Source of the DNA: Heterodontus francisci
Lineage: Eukaryota
Direction: 5' to 3'
DNA: 64,000 nucleotides
Assembly (NCBI RefSeq): GCF_036365525.1
Contig: NC_090411.1
Location: 31,884,432 to 31,948,431, forward strand
In this document: in pieces, positions 1-17,854 of the stretch
How the letters are laid out: each line of letters begins with the position of its first letter
Numbering within the stretch: the stretch's first letter is position 1
Made by a program: the position numbers and the translations under genes
Notes under the pieces: generated by a model
Told to the model about the DNA's origin: nothing
The model's input: only the letters and a program-made list of their open reading frames with translations
Databases searched by the model: none

Positions 1-2
1 TC

Positions 3-173
<171 letters not shown>

Positions 174-1309
174 GTCAGTCACTGCAGTCAGTTTATTGTG
201 TTTGGTATTTCTGTTACTGTAATGGTGTAAGAAGATTCCCCTCTGTTCTTTAGAGAGTTGTCTTTGTACAATGAGTTGAGTCTCTTGTGGCAGTGTAATG
301 TTAATTGTAAATAAACTGCTCAATATTGGACTGGATTTTTCCTCTTAATGGAATTGTTTAACTTATTAATTCAAAATGTGGTTTGCATCAGACTGGAATT
401 CCACTGGGCTATAGAACAGCTTCATCATGAGGTTCAGCTGAGGGTTATCTAATAATCCCATCTGGTATAATGCTTGATTTTTAGGCATGTAATTTCCTTA
501 TTACTTTCAACAATAATTGAACATTGTTAACTGCTTGCTCTTGCATCTTTTAACATTGTAAAACATTCCATAATGCTTAACAAGACTGTTAAACAAAATA
601 TGACATTGAGATACAAGGAGAGAAGACAAGTGACCGAAAGCTTAGTCAAAGAAGTGTGTGTTTATTTTTAAAAGGAATGTTTGGAAGAGGTTTAAGGGGA
701 GATCACGAGAAGCTTAAGTACCAAGAACTCTTCCCACTGGTGCTGAATATTCTCTATAAATTTCACTAATGCCTAAATACACAAATACTAACTGCACCTG
801 GTTAAAATGGAAAAGGATGCTTTGGAATGAGTTAATGTTGTACTATTTCAGTCCCAGTCTCTGCCCTAGGAATGAGCAGTTCTGGTATTTAATAAGCTAC
901 CAGTCTCAGTCTGAGTTCTGATGATGGGATACACCTGCTCTAGCTCACTCAAATTCATAACTGCTGCTTCAGTCTTCCTGCTATGGCTGTTGTATCCAAA
1001 GTCGGAGCTCCCTGAATTCCAAATATTGAGATGTATTACAATTATGTGACTTGGAAATTAACCCAAAATGCCATAATTTCACTCCTTTTCAGGAGGGAGG
1101 AAGTAAGGATTCTGGGGTAGAAAAGGGACTTGGTTCTGAAAATCTTACACCACCTCTCTATTGAATAAATCTATTTAGGCACTCCCCTTTTTTTTTTCCC
1201 CCTTCCAAGAAAGCTTGGATAAGCTGGTGCAGTTAGAGGAGAGTGTGTGGAAATGTTCCTCAATCTAATGCTGCTGGAAGCAGTGAACATATTTCATTAA
1301 ATACATGAA

Positions 1310-1930
1310 GCTCAAACCACATGTTGGCATCCTTCCATCTATGAAAGATGATGGACATGAAGTGAACAAACCATTTAGTCATTTACAGCACAGAAGGAGC
1401 CCATTGAGTCCATATCAGCTCTCCACGGAGCTATGCTGTCAGTCCCAGTCCCTGGCTTGATCCCTATCATTGGGGTGTCTTCTCTTGGTGCACCTTTGCT
1501 GATGGCTATGAAGGGCAATCCTTGATTGGCACATTCTGCCACAAGTGCTGCACCTGAAGTTACCAAGTGATGCTAAGTTGTTTTTGGCATTGGCACCTGT
1601 GTCAATCTACTCTGGCCATTTGTTGGCATGGTAGTGCATGCCAGTCCACTGGATGTGTCACCATTTCCCTCTTGTGCCAGCTGGTGCCTCCCAGGTGTGA
1701 TATTCGACCTTTAGGGTCTTCATATCATGCTTACAAGCATCCTTGAAGTGGAGTTTTGGCTGCCCCACTGATCTGCCTCTGGCTATCTCACCAGACCTTG
1801 GGTATGTGACCATCTTCCATCCTGCAGACATGTCCGATCCACAGAAGCTGCTTCAGTTTGATCGGCGCCAACACAGTTGGGAGCTCTGCCTTTGAGAGGA
1901 CTGCCACATTTGTGATTTTGTCCTGCCATC
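1310..1930 (-). mobile_element. Degenerate RTE-clade LINE 3' fragment
   Basis: Minus-strand ORF 1788..1997 contains LLWIGHVCRMEDGHIPK, resembling the W-GH--RM---R-PK motif at the C-terminus of RTE ORFs; boundaries approximate. Confidence 0.65.
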
Positions 1931-2039
1931 GAAAACAGAGATTTAATCCAAGACAACACATCTCATCACCTAATCCAGGACTCAACCACTTTTGCAATGA
2001 AACCAGATGTCAACACATTGGCTCTCAGACAAATACCAA

Positions 2040-2310
2040 TGTGAGGCAAAAGGACCGAAGGGGAGAGATGAGAATTACTTTTAAGCAGCGAGCTGATATG
2101 ATCTGGAATGCACTGTCTGAAAGGGTGCTGGAAACAGATTCAATAATAACTTTGAAGAGGAAGTTGGATATATACTCGAAAAGGAACTAAATTGCAGCGC
2201 CATGGGGAAAGTCCAAGCCAATGCGACTGATTGGATAGCTGTTTCAATGAGCCAGCACAGGCACGGTGGGCTGATTGGCCTCCTTCTGTGCTGTATAAAC
2301 CTACTATAAG
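2040..2310 (+). mobile_element. Old CR1-like LINE 3' end fragment
   Basis: ORF remnant F-QR---IWNAL-E-V-E-DS---LKR-LD followed by CR1-type 3' tail (ggcctccttctgtgctgta...). Confidence 0.65.
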
Positions 2311-2464
2311 TCAGAGTATCATCATTTTAATCTGATTCAAATATTCTTTAGCCTCATGGAAAGTTAACCATTAAAGGACTCATCTAACATACAGAATTAA
2401 TGGGCAGGAAAAGACAGCTGGCCCATCAAGCCTGCCCCAAAACACACTGCAGCAAATGGAGACG

Positions 2465-3394
2465 GGGCTTATTTTTTTTCTTTCATGGGTTGTGGATGTC
2501 GCTGGCAAGGCCAGCATTTGTTACTCATTCCTAATTGCCCTTGAGAAGGTGCTGGTGAGCCACCTTCTTGAACCTCTGCAGTCCGTGTGAGGTACACCCA
2601 CAGTTGCTGTTAGGGATGGAGTTTCAGGATTTTAACCCAGCGACAGTGAAGAAACAGTTATATAGTTCCAAGGCAGGATGGTGTGTGACTTGGAGGGGAA
2701 CTTGCAGGTGCTGTTCCCATGTATCTGCTGCCTTTATCCTTCTCGGCGGTCGGGGTCGCGTGTTTCGAAGCTGCTGTGCAAGGAGCTTCAGTGCATCTTA
2801 TAAATGGTACACACTGCTGCCACCGTGTGGACAGAGTGAATATTTACAGTGGTGGATGGGGTACCAATCAATGGGGCTGCTTTGTCCTGGATGGTATTAA
2901 GCTTCTTGAGTATTGTTGGAGCTGCGCTCATCCAGGCAAGTGGAGAGTATTCCATCACACTCCTGACTCGTGCCTTGTAGTTGGTTGACAGGCTTGTGGG
3001 AGTCAGAAGGAGAATTACTCGCCACAGAATACCCAGCATCTGACCCACTTTTGTAGTTACGGTATTTATATGGCTGGTTCAGGCAAGTTTCTCTTCAATG
3101 GTAATCTCCAGGATGCTGATGGTGGAACATTCAGTGATGATAGTACCGTTGAATGTCAAGAGGAGATGGTTAGGTTTTCTCGTGTTGGATTGTCATTGCC
3201 TGATACCTGTGAATGTTACTTGCCAATTATCAGCTCAATCCTGAATGTTGTCCAGGTCTTGCTGCTTGTCGACACTGTGAGTTTCAGTATCTGAGGAGTT
3301 GCGAATGGTACTGAACACTGTGCAATCATCAGTGAATACCCCCACTTCTCAATTTATGATGGAGGGAAGATCATTGATGAAGCAGCTGAAGATG
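2465..3394 (-). mobile_element. CR1/L2-clade LINE 3' fragment
   Basis: Minus ORF 2788..3048 YKARVRSVMEYSPLAW...KLNTIQDKAA (RT C-terminal region); T-rich tail at left end; the homologous empty site (gcaaatggaga...gtctgtgggtgacactg) is at about 12087-12117. Confidence 0.7.
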
Positions 3395-3689
3395 GTCTGT
3401 GGGTGACACTGTATTCAGTAATGTTCACTCCCTCTCATTCTCTCATTTCCATTTCTCTGTCCAATAGTTGGTTTGCAAATTCACTCAAGACGACTTGATT
3501 GCTTTCAATATTGTATCAGCTCCACAGTTCCTTGCAAGTAACAAACTGGGCCCGATTATGAAAAGCCACCTCAGTGAAAGTAACACATTATCATTTAACT
3601 CAAATGAGAGCGTTAAACAACAAGACATTTTCAGATTTGAAGAAGCTCAAGGAACCCAGAAGTAGTGATATCATCGAGACTAATCTCTC

Positions 3690-3880
3690 AAACCTGCTTC
3701 TATTTCAAAGCTCTGATTGGCTCTGGGCATCACCCCCCCTTCCCCACAACTCCTCTCCTTTGTTTATTGGTGCCTGGATTTATGGAAGATTCCTGACTGG
3801 CTATCAGGGATTGTCAATCATTGGTGATGTCATTCCCTGTTTGAATGCAGGCTGACCAAGAATATAAATACAAGAGCTTG
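3690..3880 (+). promoter_or_regulatory. Conserved proximal promoter of ferritin copy 2
   Basis: TATAAA at 3863-3868, 65 nt before ATG; upstream ATTGG (inverted CCAAT), GATTGTCAATC palindrome and TGATGTCA; the same block precedes every exon 1. Confidence 0.75.
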
Positions 3881-3927
3881 TATGAGAAAGGTTTAGTTTC
3901 AGATAATAGTGTACAGAGATAGTGAAG

Positions 3928-6025
<2,098 letters not shown>

Positions 6026-6999
6026 ACTGACTGCAGGGTTTAAGCTTGCTGTATTTAATGCTCCTGTGAATTTAATTGTACAAAGATTGAAACCATTATT
6101 GCTGGCACAACAGGAGTGCCTTAACAGAGTTGGGGCCTGGTCTTGATGTGGAGTGTAATGTTAACTATAAATAAACTGCTCAATGTTGGACTGGATTTTG
6201 CCTCCTTTGGTTCCCTCTTTCAGATTAACATGTAGCTTCTGTTGGATAGAAATTATACTAATCTGTACAAGAGCTCTATCATTTCCCATTTGAAAGTTCT
6301 TGAGTTTTCTTTTGGCTATTCAGGGTGACATGTTGAAGGGCTAACATCAATTGTAGAAATGCTTTAATACACATTATTGTACATTGGTGATCACCTTTAA
6401 CATCGTAAAACCATTGCAAGAAGCTTCAGAGCATTACTGAAAGTGACACTAAGTTACAGGAGGAGAAAGCAGGTGCCTAAACTCTTGGTCTGAGATGGGT
6501 ATTCAGAGGTTGCTTTCGACTTCCCTCTGTAAACATCTCTGCCCTCTAGATCTTGAAGTAGGTGACTGAATACAAGAGCATGTCACTACTGGTGACAACA
6601 GATTTAAATTTATAGCAGAGTGATATTCATGAATTGAAGTTTATCAGATGCTTCAATTGTTTAAAATACCAGTGTTTTCTAGTGATTAATATTTGACCAT
6701 TTCAGTGCCTGGGGTTAATGCCTGCCCTGGGAAGTGAAATTTGGGATTGGAAGATTAAAATAACTAACTGGTCTTGACTTCATGTGAATACATCTAGTGT
6801 AGCTCTCACATCCAATTTTATAACTTTAGACTTTCTGATGAGCTTTGTGAGCAGGTTATGAGCATCCCTGAATTGAAAGTACTAAAGGAGATTATGGTAT
6901 TTCAGGTTGATTTCCCAATTGTATTTTCATTTGCCTTTTGGGGGTTGGGTGGAGAAAGGACAGTTTTTTTTTGTGGAGGGGATTGAATTGGACGTAGAT

Positions 7000-7250
7000 T
7001 CAAAATCATACACAAAAAAAGTAGAGGACATTTGAGTTGTGATCTGGAATGTTCCACCTGAAATGGTGGCAGAAGCAAATTCCATAAATAATCTTAATGG
7101 GAGCTAGACAGGTGCTTGAGGCTCAAACTGAATGGGTTATGGACAAAAAGTAGGAATGTAGCATTAAGCACTACTGCTTGTTTGGGAGCTAGCACAGGCC
7201 CAAAGGGCTGAATGGCCTCCTTCTGTGCTGTCAGTTGCTATGACTCTAAG
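7000..7250 (+). mobile_element. Degenerate CR1-like 3' fragment just upstream of the copy 3 promoter
   Basis: ...atctggaat...gggctgaatggcctccttctgtgctg...ctatgactct tail similar to the other CR1 3' ends in the window. Confidence 0.55.
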
Positions 7251-7512
7251 CCAAAAGCAATGAAATTGAGACTAGTCTCCCAAACCTGTCTCTTTCAAAG
7301 CTCTGGGTCTTATCCCCCTCCCCCACACCCCCTCTCCTTTTGTTAATTGCCTGGTTTCAAAGGAGATTCCTGACTGATAACCAGTCGTCGCTGCTAATGC
7401 CATTCTCTGGTTGAATGCAGGCTGTCCCAGTTGTGTAAATGAGCTTGTGACAAGGATCAGTTCTAAAAGTGTTCAGGTACTAGTGAGACGATAGTACATA
7501 GAAATAGTGAAG

Positions 7513-9407
7513 CTGGCTTCCCAAGTATGTCAGAACTACCACCAGGACTGAGAGGATGTTAACAAGCAGATCAACCTGGAGCTCTATTCCTCCTTTTGTT
7601 TACCTGGCTATGGTGAGTCTTGTATTCCTTACATTCTGAAAAGTTGTAATTTCTTCAGTCTTGTGAATTGGCTTTAAACTCCATTACTCTTAATCTTCTC
7701 CCATGTGTGATGGAGGGGAAAGAATATTTGGTCAATGAATAATTCCTGTGTGTAATAGAGGGTGGTATTGAGTTAATGGACTGCTCCTTGTAACAGTTGC
7801 TCTCTGTTGTGAAGTTTAATATATGAAACTAGCTCTGCTAGTTGTAATTGAGAATAAACCTGGTCAAGCTAATATAAATCAATGGGATGATTTATTTTCA
7901 TGTTCATTTTTTAAAAAATAAATACATCACTTGCAGAACACTTTTCTCTACCTCAGCATCCCCCAAGTGCTTCAAGATATCAAATATTGGCAGGACACGA
8001 GAGAATGTCCCTGTTTTCTGACATGTGATGTTTGTCATCCAGGTGACAAAACAAAACACTATCTGACTGGAAGCAGGAGGGGAGATAACTTAGCCAGTGT
8101 GCAGAGTTTAGCTTGATTGGACATGAAATATAATCCCAAAATCTTTTTTCCATCTTTGGTCATTGGATCTTTCATCCTTCCTCTGGAGAGCTTTCCCCTT
8201 ACTTGCAACTTCAAAAATAGTAAAATGAATTTTGCTAGTTTAAAAAAAAAAGTATTTTTTTTTTGTTCAGAGCTCACTAACTGGGGAAATAGTGATTTGA
8301 TCTTTAATTCTATATTATGATCTGGGTCTAGCATAAAGCTCTTTAAATTCTCTTCACAGTCCTATTACTTTGACCGGGATGATGTTGCCCTGCGTCACTT
8401 TGCTGAGTTCTTCAAGGAGCAGTCACATGAGGAACGGGAGCACGCTGAGAAACTGATGAAATTCCAGAATAAACGTGGAGGCCGAATCATCTTGGAGGAC
8501 ATCAAGGTTGGATTCAATGACTGAGTGACCTCCTGTTTGGATCCCTTTGGACTGATTGGAACTGATTCTTTCAATACTTGCTACGGTAATTTGATTACAA
8601 GGTTGTGGTGATTTAATGCAGAAATTATATATTCATGTAACTCATTAGTTCCTGGTAACATGGACTTCTTGTTGCTTTTTCACCCCTCTTTATTCTTGTA
8701 CTTTCTCATGTGTTTTATTTTGTCCATTGTAAGTGAACTGTCTGACTTTCCTCTTCAGAAGCCAGAGCAGGATGAATGGAGCAATGGTCTGGAGGCAATG
8801 CAGAGAGCTCTGCAGATGGAGAAGGATGTGAACCAGAGTCTGCTGGATCTGCACAAACTCTCCACTGGCAACACTGACCCTCATGTAAGTTCTTAATGTG
8901 GGCTTTTGGCTAAGTTGGAGTTGGAATTGGTAGAACTTTACTGTCACTGTCCTTGAGCTTATTTTAAAAAATTTCAATGCCTGGTAACTTTGGGGTGTTT
9001 CCTGGTTCTTGGGTGGGTATGGGCAGAGGACATGGAAGTTGTCTTGCTATGAGCATTGAGAAGTAAGTGTCTCACTGACCCTGGGATCTCAGCACTTATT
9101 GTACAGGAATTACTGGATAACTGGTGCAAATTTACAATAATCTTTACACCAGTCCAGGAGGATTAAAAGCCCAACTGAGTGGTAGGCATAGCTTGGAAAT
9201 TTGATATCTGCTGCTGAACATAACTTTTAAGTTTCCATTTTCTTTTCAGCTTTGTGACTTCCTGGAGACTCACTACTTGGATGAGCAAGTGAAGATGATC
9301 GAAAAGCTTGGAGATCACATCACCAACCAGAGGAGACTAGGAGCCCCTGAGAATGGCATGGGAGAGAGTACCTGTTTGACAAGCTCACCCTGGGGGAGAG
9401 TGACTGA
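7513..9407 (+). pseudogene. Ferritin copy 3, pseudogene
   Basis: Exon remnants 7513-7612, 8360-8506, 8759-8884, 9250-9407; ATG->CTG at 7513, TGT->TGA at 7549-7551, codon deletion and +1 insertion in exon 1, +2 (GA) frameshift near 9363, TATA degraded (tgtgtaaat, about 7432-7440). Confidence 0.93.
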
Positions 9408-10660
9408 ACTGACTGCAGGATTGAGCCCTTTTGTCTTTAAAGTTTTTGTTCTAATGTGTGAGGAATGATGGCTTGTGAGATCTGGGCTCTTGATGTGGAA
9501 TGTAATTACTGTAAATAATTTTCTCAGTGGACTGGGTTTTGTCTCTACTTTCTGGTGGTTGCTTATTTTCAATTAACTTTGTCTTTACATTTAAACACGA
9601 ATTACACTGGGCCGTATAACAGCTTTATTTTTCCATCTTTCCTTCTGATGGATTGAATCAGATGTTCACTTGTTGAAGGTCTCTCTTCAATTGTGTACCT
9701 TTTGAACAAATTGTATCTATGCATTTCAATCTGTCAAGAAATGCAGTGATACAACAATTTGCATTTATAGAGCCCCTTTAGCATTGTCAATCAATGTACT
9801 TCACACGAACGCTAAAAGGAAAATTTGACATGGACCGATGAGGGAGCAGGTGCCCTAATGTTTATTCAAGAGGTTGGTTTTAAGGAGTGCTTTTGTAGAG
9901 AGGGAACTCCCAAGTTCAGGACCGAGACAGCTGAATACAAGTAAATGTTACCAATGTTGATGAATAGTCTCTATCCCAACATCAATAGTATCTCTCAAAC
10001 TCCTCAATATAACAATATCAGCTGCTATAGTATTTAAAATGTACAGAACCATTTCCAATGCATTAGTGTCACACCATTTCACTTTTGATCTTTATCTGCG
10101 AAGAACTAGCCATCATCATTTTTAGTTCAATGAACAATTTTATTCAGAGCAGATACAAGCCCAGGGAAGTGTAGTAAGCTTCTATCATTCTATTGACTTA
10201 ATAGTGTAAGATTAAACCAGGGGTAGTTAATTAAGCTCATTGCTGCTTCTATTTACTTTCTGGTAAGCTTTGTGGGCTGAGCAGCACAAACAGCCTTAAA
10301 CCAGCAATCTTAGAGCTTCATATTACTAAAAGAGTTGCAATCATGTGATTTAGCAAATCAACCAGAGTTACCATATTTGCTTGCTTTATACTGGTCTCTT
10401 GGGGGAATGTGTGGTTTCCTAATCAATGAGAATGGGTCTTAAATGCCCTTTTCCCTATCCCAGCACATCTTTCACTCTCTTTCCACCACTTGGAATGACC
10501 TCTCTTATTCCCATATGAAATGGGGTATGGTACTGGTGGGAGTGGATCCTTGCAGAGCTGAGCTCTAACGAAGGATACCTCAGGAAGGTGTAAATGTATT
10601 AACACTGTGTCTGAGATTTTGCTAAGTTATGTTTATCAATGATGCTGCATTTCTGCATGT

Positions 10661-10672
10661 GCCATCTAGTGG
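10661..10672 (-). promoter_or_regulatory. Candidate CTCF site
   Basis: GCCATCTAGTGG = reverse complement CCACTAGATGGC, an exact match to the CTCF core CCACYAGRKGGC. Confidence 0.45.
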
Positions 10673-10908
10673 TTGTGTTATCGACAAACAGTCTTTTATT
10701 AAATGTACAAAGCAAATAACTTTAAAGCCCCACCTATTTAAATAGATGCTTCTCATGAAAACACATTTCCCCGATGCATGCCACCCCCGTGGTTGACCCA
10801 TCAATGTATAAACAAAATGCAATCAGTTTCCCCACAAATGTATCTGTTTGCACTTGGGCCCATTGTGTATCATTTGAGTCTCATCATTTCAATCAGATTC
10901 AAATATTC

Positions 10909-11980
10909 TGGATATGGAATTGGCTGGCCCATAGAAGTCAGAGGGTGGTAGATGGAAAGTATTCAGCATGGAGCTCGGTGACCAGTGGTGTTCCACAAGG
11001 ATCTGTTCTGGGACCTCTGCTATTTGTGATTTTTATAAATGACTTGGATGAGGAAGTGGAAGGCTGGGTTAGCAGGTTTGCCGATGACACGAAGGTTGCT
11101 TGAGTTGTGGATAGTGTGGAAGGCTGTTGTAGGTTGCAACGGGACATTGACAGGATGCAGAGCTGGGCTGAGAAGTGGCAGATGGAGTTCAACCTGGAAA
11201 AATGTGAAGTGATTCATTTTGGAAGGTCGAATTTGAATGCAGAATACAGGCTTAAAGACAGGATTCTTGGTAGTGTGGAGGAACAGAGGGTTCTTGGGGT
11301 CCATGTCCATAGATCGCTCAAAGTTGCCACCCAAGTTGATAGGGTTGTTAAGAAGGCGTATGGTGTGTTGGCTTTCGTTAACAGGGGGATTGAGTTTAAG
11401 AGCCGTGAGGTTATGCTGCAGCTCTATAAGGCCCGGGTTCGACCACACTTGGAATATTGTGTTCAGTTCTGGTCGCCTCATTATAGGAAGGATGTGGAAG
11501 CTTTAGAGAGGGTGCAGAGGAGATTTACCAGGATGCTGCCTGGACTGGAGGGCATGTCCTACGAAGAAAGATTGAGGGAGCTAGGGCTTTTCTCATTGGA
11601 GCGAAGAAGGATGAGAGGTGACTTGATAGAGGGGTACAAGATGATGAGAGGCATAGATAGAGTGGATAGTCAGAGACTTTTTCCCAGGGTGGAAAGGGCT
11701 ATCACCAGGGGGCATCATTTTAAGGTGATTGGAGGAAGGTTTCGGAGAGATGTCAGAGGTAGGTTCTTTACACAGAGAGTGGTGGGTGCGTGGACTGCGC
11801 TGCCAGCGGCGGTAGTAGAAGCAGATACATTAGGGGCATTTAAGCGACTCCTGGATAGGTACATGGATGATAGTGGAATGAAGGGTAGGTAGTTAGTTTG
11901 ATCTTAGAGTAGGTTAAAGGTTCGGCACAACATCGTGGGCCAAAGGGCCTGTACTATGCTGTACTGTTCTATGTTCTATG
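10909..11980 (+). mobile_element. Young 5'-truncated CR1 LINE (RT C-terminus and 3' UTR)
   Basis: [20 protein letters not shown], 261-aa ORF 11107..11892 (WQMEFN-EKC, RPHLEYCVQFWSPH); (GTTCTAT)n tail; empty site aaatattc|tttagcctcat at about 2339-2357. Confidence 0.92.
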
Positions 11981-12477
11981 TTTAGCCTCATTGAATGTCA
12001 ACCATAAAAGGACTCATCTAATGTCTGAAATTGATCGTCAGAAAAAGAGCAACTGGTCCATCAAACCTGCCCCAAAACACACTGTAGCAAATGGAGATCT
12101 GTCTGTGGGTGACACTGTATTCAGTAATGTTCACTCCCTCTCATTCTCACTGAGTTTTACCAGACAACATTTCATGAGAATACAAACCAAAAACCTGTCA
12201 CATCCATTATCCTCCACTATTTGATGCCCCCTGTAGCCAATCCTCACATGTCCATTCTCTATATTAGATCAGGATGGAATTTCCATTTCTCTGTCCCATG
12301 GTTGGTTTGCAAGAAAACCTGATTCCTTTGAATATTGTAGCAGCATCACAGTTCCTTGCAAGCAACAAACTTGACCCCAGATTGTGAAAAGCCCGGTGAA
12401 AGTAACAAGTTATCATTTATTTCAACGTTCTGGTTGCAGAGTGTTAAACAATGTGAAACTTTCAGATTTGAAGAAAT

Positions 12478-12961
12478 CCTTAGAAAAGGTTCAGAGGAGG
12501 TTTACCAGGATGTTACCAGGGACTTCAGTTATGAGAAGTTGCAAAAGTTAAGACTCATCTCCATGAAATAGAGAAGGTTAAGAGGTGACCTAATAGAGGT
12601 TTTCAAGATGATGAGTGGTTTTGAGAGAGTAGATAGAGAACTATTATTCCCACTGGTGAGTCGGTCAATAACTAGAGCTCATAGATTCAAAACGTATGGC
12701 AACAGATCTGGAGGGGAAATGAGAATTATTTTTCAATGAGAGTTCTTGACATCTGGAACACTAAACCTGAAAAGGGGGTGGAAGCTGATTCCATCGTAAT
12801 TGTAAAAGGGAGATAGGCAGGTACTTGAGACTGAGGAACTCCCAGGGTTATGGAAAAAGAGTGGGGATGTGGAACAAAGCATAACTGCTCTTTTCAAGAG
12901 CCAGTACAGGCACAGTGGGCCGAATGGCCTCCTTCTATGCTGTACGTTTCTATGATTCTAT
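12478..12961 (+). mobile_element. CR1 LINE 3' fragment upstream of the copy 4 promoter
   Basis: KVQRRFTRMLPG-like remnant and tail ggcctccttctatgctgta...ctatgattcta; absent at the homologous site near 3640-3660. Confidence 0.8.
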
Positions 12962-12999
12962 AACCTAAAAGCACTGACATCACTGAAACTAAGCTCCCA

Positions 13000-13190
13000 G
13001 ACCTGCTGATGTTCCAAAGCTCTGATTGTCTGTGGGTCTCACCCACTTCCCCACACCCCATCTCCTGTGTTAATTGGTACCTGAATTCATGGAAGATTCC
13101 TGATTGGCTACCAGGAATTTTCAATCATCGGTGATGTCATTTCCTGTTTGAATGCATGCTGCCCAAGTAGTATAAATACAAGAACTTGTA
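13000..13190 (+). promoter_or_regulatory. Conserved proximal promoter of copy 4
   Basis: TATAAA at 13171-13176; CTGATTGG and TGATGTCA in the shared block. Confidence 0.72.
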
Positions 13191-13219
13191 TTAGAAAAGG
13201 TCAACTTTCGAGCTTTTAA

Positions 13220-15623
<2,404 letters not shown>

Positions 15624-16799
15624 TTGAGACTCTAAATGCTTTATGTATAGAACAAATTGAAATGTGATCCAAATGCTGATGGATGCTTTGTTTGTGGTTA
15701 ATTCCAGTTTTCTCATTCTGTTATAATGGAAATAAAAGTATTCATCATTGAACTAGTTTGTCTTGATTCAAATCAACTAAATCATCGAACAATCAAATCA
15801 AGCTGCATTAGTCTGTTGACCATCTGATCACAAAACAATACATTTTTTTTTAAATTCCCTGCCCCATTCCTGCTTACTAAATTGATTGTAATATCTGTCT
15901 GGGATAGTTTGCTGACATTTCAATATTTAGTCAGAAGTTTGTAGGAGATTACTGCAATCACTCCCAATTTCTGCTGCAAAGGGGTTTTTTCATTTTTGCC
16001 AGTGAAATGGAGTTGTGCAAGAGTGAGTGTGGCTGAATTAGTTTTAACTTCAGGTTAGAGAATAGGGAATATCTGTTCCTGATTCTCTAGATAAGGAAGG
16101 GGGAAGTCACCTGCTCTTTAGGTGGTTCGACATTAGACTGATGCTACAAGTTACTTGTGGGGTTGCTTAAAGTGTGTTTTTTTTTAACCTTTCTACATAA
16201 TGTAACAATGGCCACCTTTCACTAGTTTTGTTCTAAACTTCACCATATTTCATTCAAAGGCCATACTAGGGGGAGGTGGGGAAAGAGGGAAACAGAAATG
16301 TTAGATGCTTCAGTCAGGAAGCATGAGACACTTAATGTTTTTAGCATAAAACTGTTTATCAACATACTCAAGTTTTCCAGAAGGAAAGATGGTGTATGTT
16401 TAAACACTTGGGTTTGCAAACTTTCTTCCCACACCCTCCCCACCCCACCCAAAAACCAAAATTTTGCAGGGAGAGGACTCCATACAGCACTTTAGAGACA
16501 GAGCAACAAGGTTCTGTTTAAAGCTTCTCCACTGATCCATTTTTCCAACTCTCTGGCTTGTTTGTGGATTCACTGTGGACTGTCTGGTGCAGATCTGTCT
16601 CTTTCAAGCTGTTATGGTCAACATTGTGAATTGTAGTGTTATGGACTCATTAGGGACCCAATAAGCTGCTTATCAATTCAGCAGGAGACAGATTCACTTT
16701 CAACTGATCTCAACACCATCTACAGGATGGCATTTTCCTTTGCAAACTCATTGATCTCTTTGTGATATTTTGTGAAGCTCTGATTCTGAGAAAAGATGC

Positions 16800-17590
16800 T
16801 GTCAAATTCACTGAGGAAATTCAAATAAGCCAACATCAAATATAGAATTGATGAGGTTCCACATGAGATTATTAGGAAAAATGGAATTGGATGCAACTTT
16901 TAGACGTGCTTGGGGAATGGGGTAGGAGGTCTGTGTACAGAAATTACTAAAAACTAATGGACAAAAACAAATTAAAAAGTCTAATAGCATTTTAGTCTTT
17001 GTCTCAAGGGGGCTGGAATACAAAGGGGTGGAGGTTATGCTACAGTTGTTTAAAACTCTGGTTAGATCACATCTAGAGTATTGTATTCTGTTCAGATATA
17101 TTGGCCTTGGAGGTGCAGCACAGATTCACTAGTATTGTGCCAAGGCGAAAAGGGTTAAATTATGAGGACAGTTTGCATAGACGAGTCTTGTATTCCCTTG
17201 AGTATAGAAGATTAAAGGGTCACTATAAATGAGGTGTTTAAGATGATTAATGAACTTGATAGGGTAGATAAAGAGAAACTATTTCCTTTGGTGGAGCAGT
17301 CCAGAACAAGGAAGTACAATCTTAAAATTAGAGCTAGGCCATTTAGGGGTGATATTCGGAAGGATTTCTTTCCACAAAGAGTAGTGGAAATCTAGAAAAC
17401 TCCCACAGAACCTGGGGGAAGGTGGTAAATTGAACTTTTCAAACTGAGATTGTTAGATATTTGTTAGGTAAGGGTATGAAGAGATATGGAAGCAAGATGG
17501 GTATATGGAGTTAAGATACAGACCAGCCATGTTCTAACTGAATGGCAGAACTGGCTTGAGGGGCTGAATGGCCTCCTCCTGTTCCAATAT
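16800..17590 (+). mobile_element. Old CR1 3' fragment abutting the copy 5 promoter (co-duplicated with copies 5-11)
   Basis: Degenerate KVPH-RL, LEY-G-EVML-L-K-LVR-HLEYC remnants; tail ggcctcctcctgttcc. Confidence 0.75.
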
Positions 17591-17609
17591 TCCAATCACA
17601 GAACAATCA

Positions 17610-17795
17610 TCCAAACCTGCCTGTGTTCTAAACCTCTGATTAGCTCTGGGAATCACATCCTGCCCCCTCTCCTTAATTGGTGCCTGGATTCATGGCAGAT
17701 TCCTGACTGGCTATCAGGGATTGTCAATCATCATTGATGATGTCATTCCATGTTTGAATGCAGGCTGACCCAGTAGTATAAATACAAGAGCTGTG
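17610..17795 (+). promoter_or_regulatory. Conserved proximal promoter of copy 5
   Basis: TATAAA at 17777-17782 within the shared block. Confidence 0.72.
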
Positions 17796-17854
17796 CAAGG
17801 TGAAGTTAGGTTATTGTTTGAGCTTAAGTTATTCTATTAGTAGTAAACATTACG

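Noticed and set aside
911-950. gttctgatgatggg as a hammerhead core
   Set aside because: No downstream GAAA or convincing helix II; at most a decayed remnant
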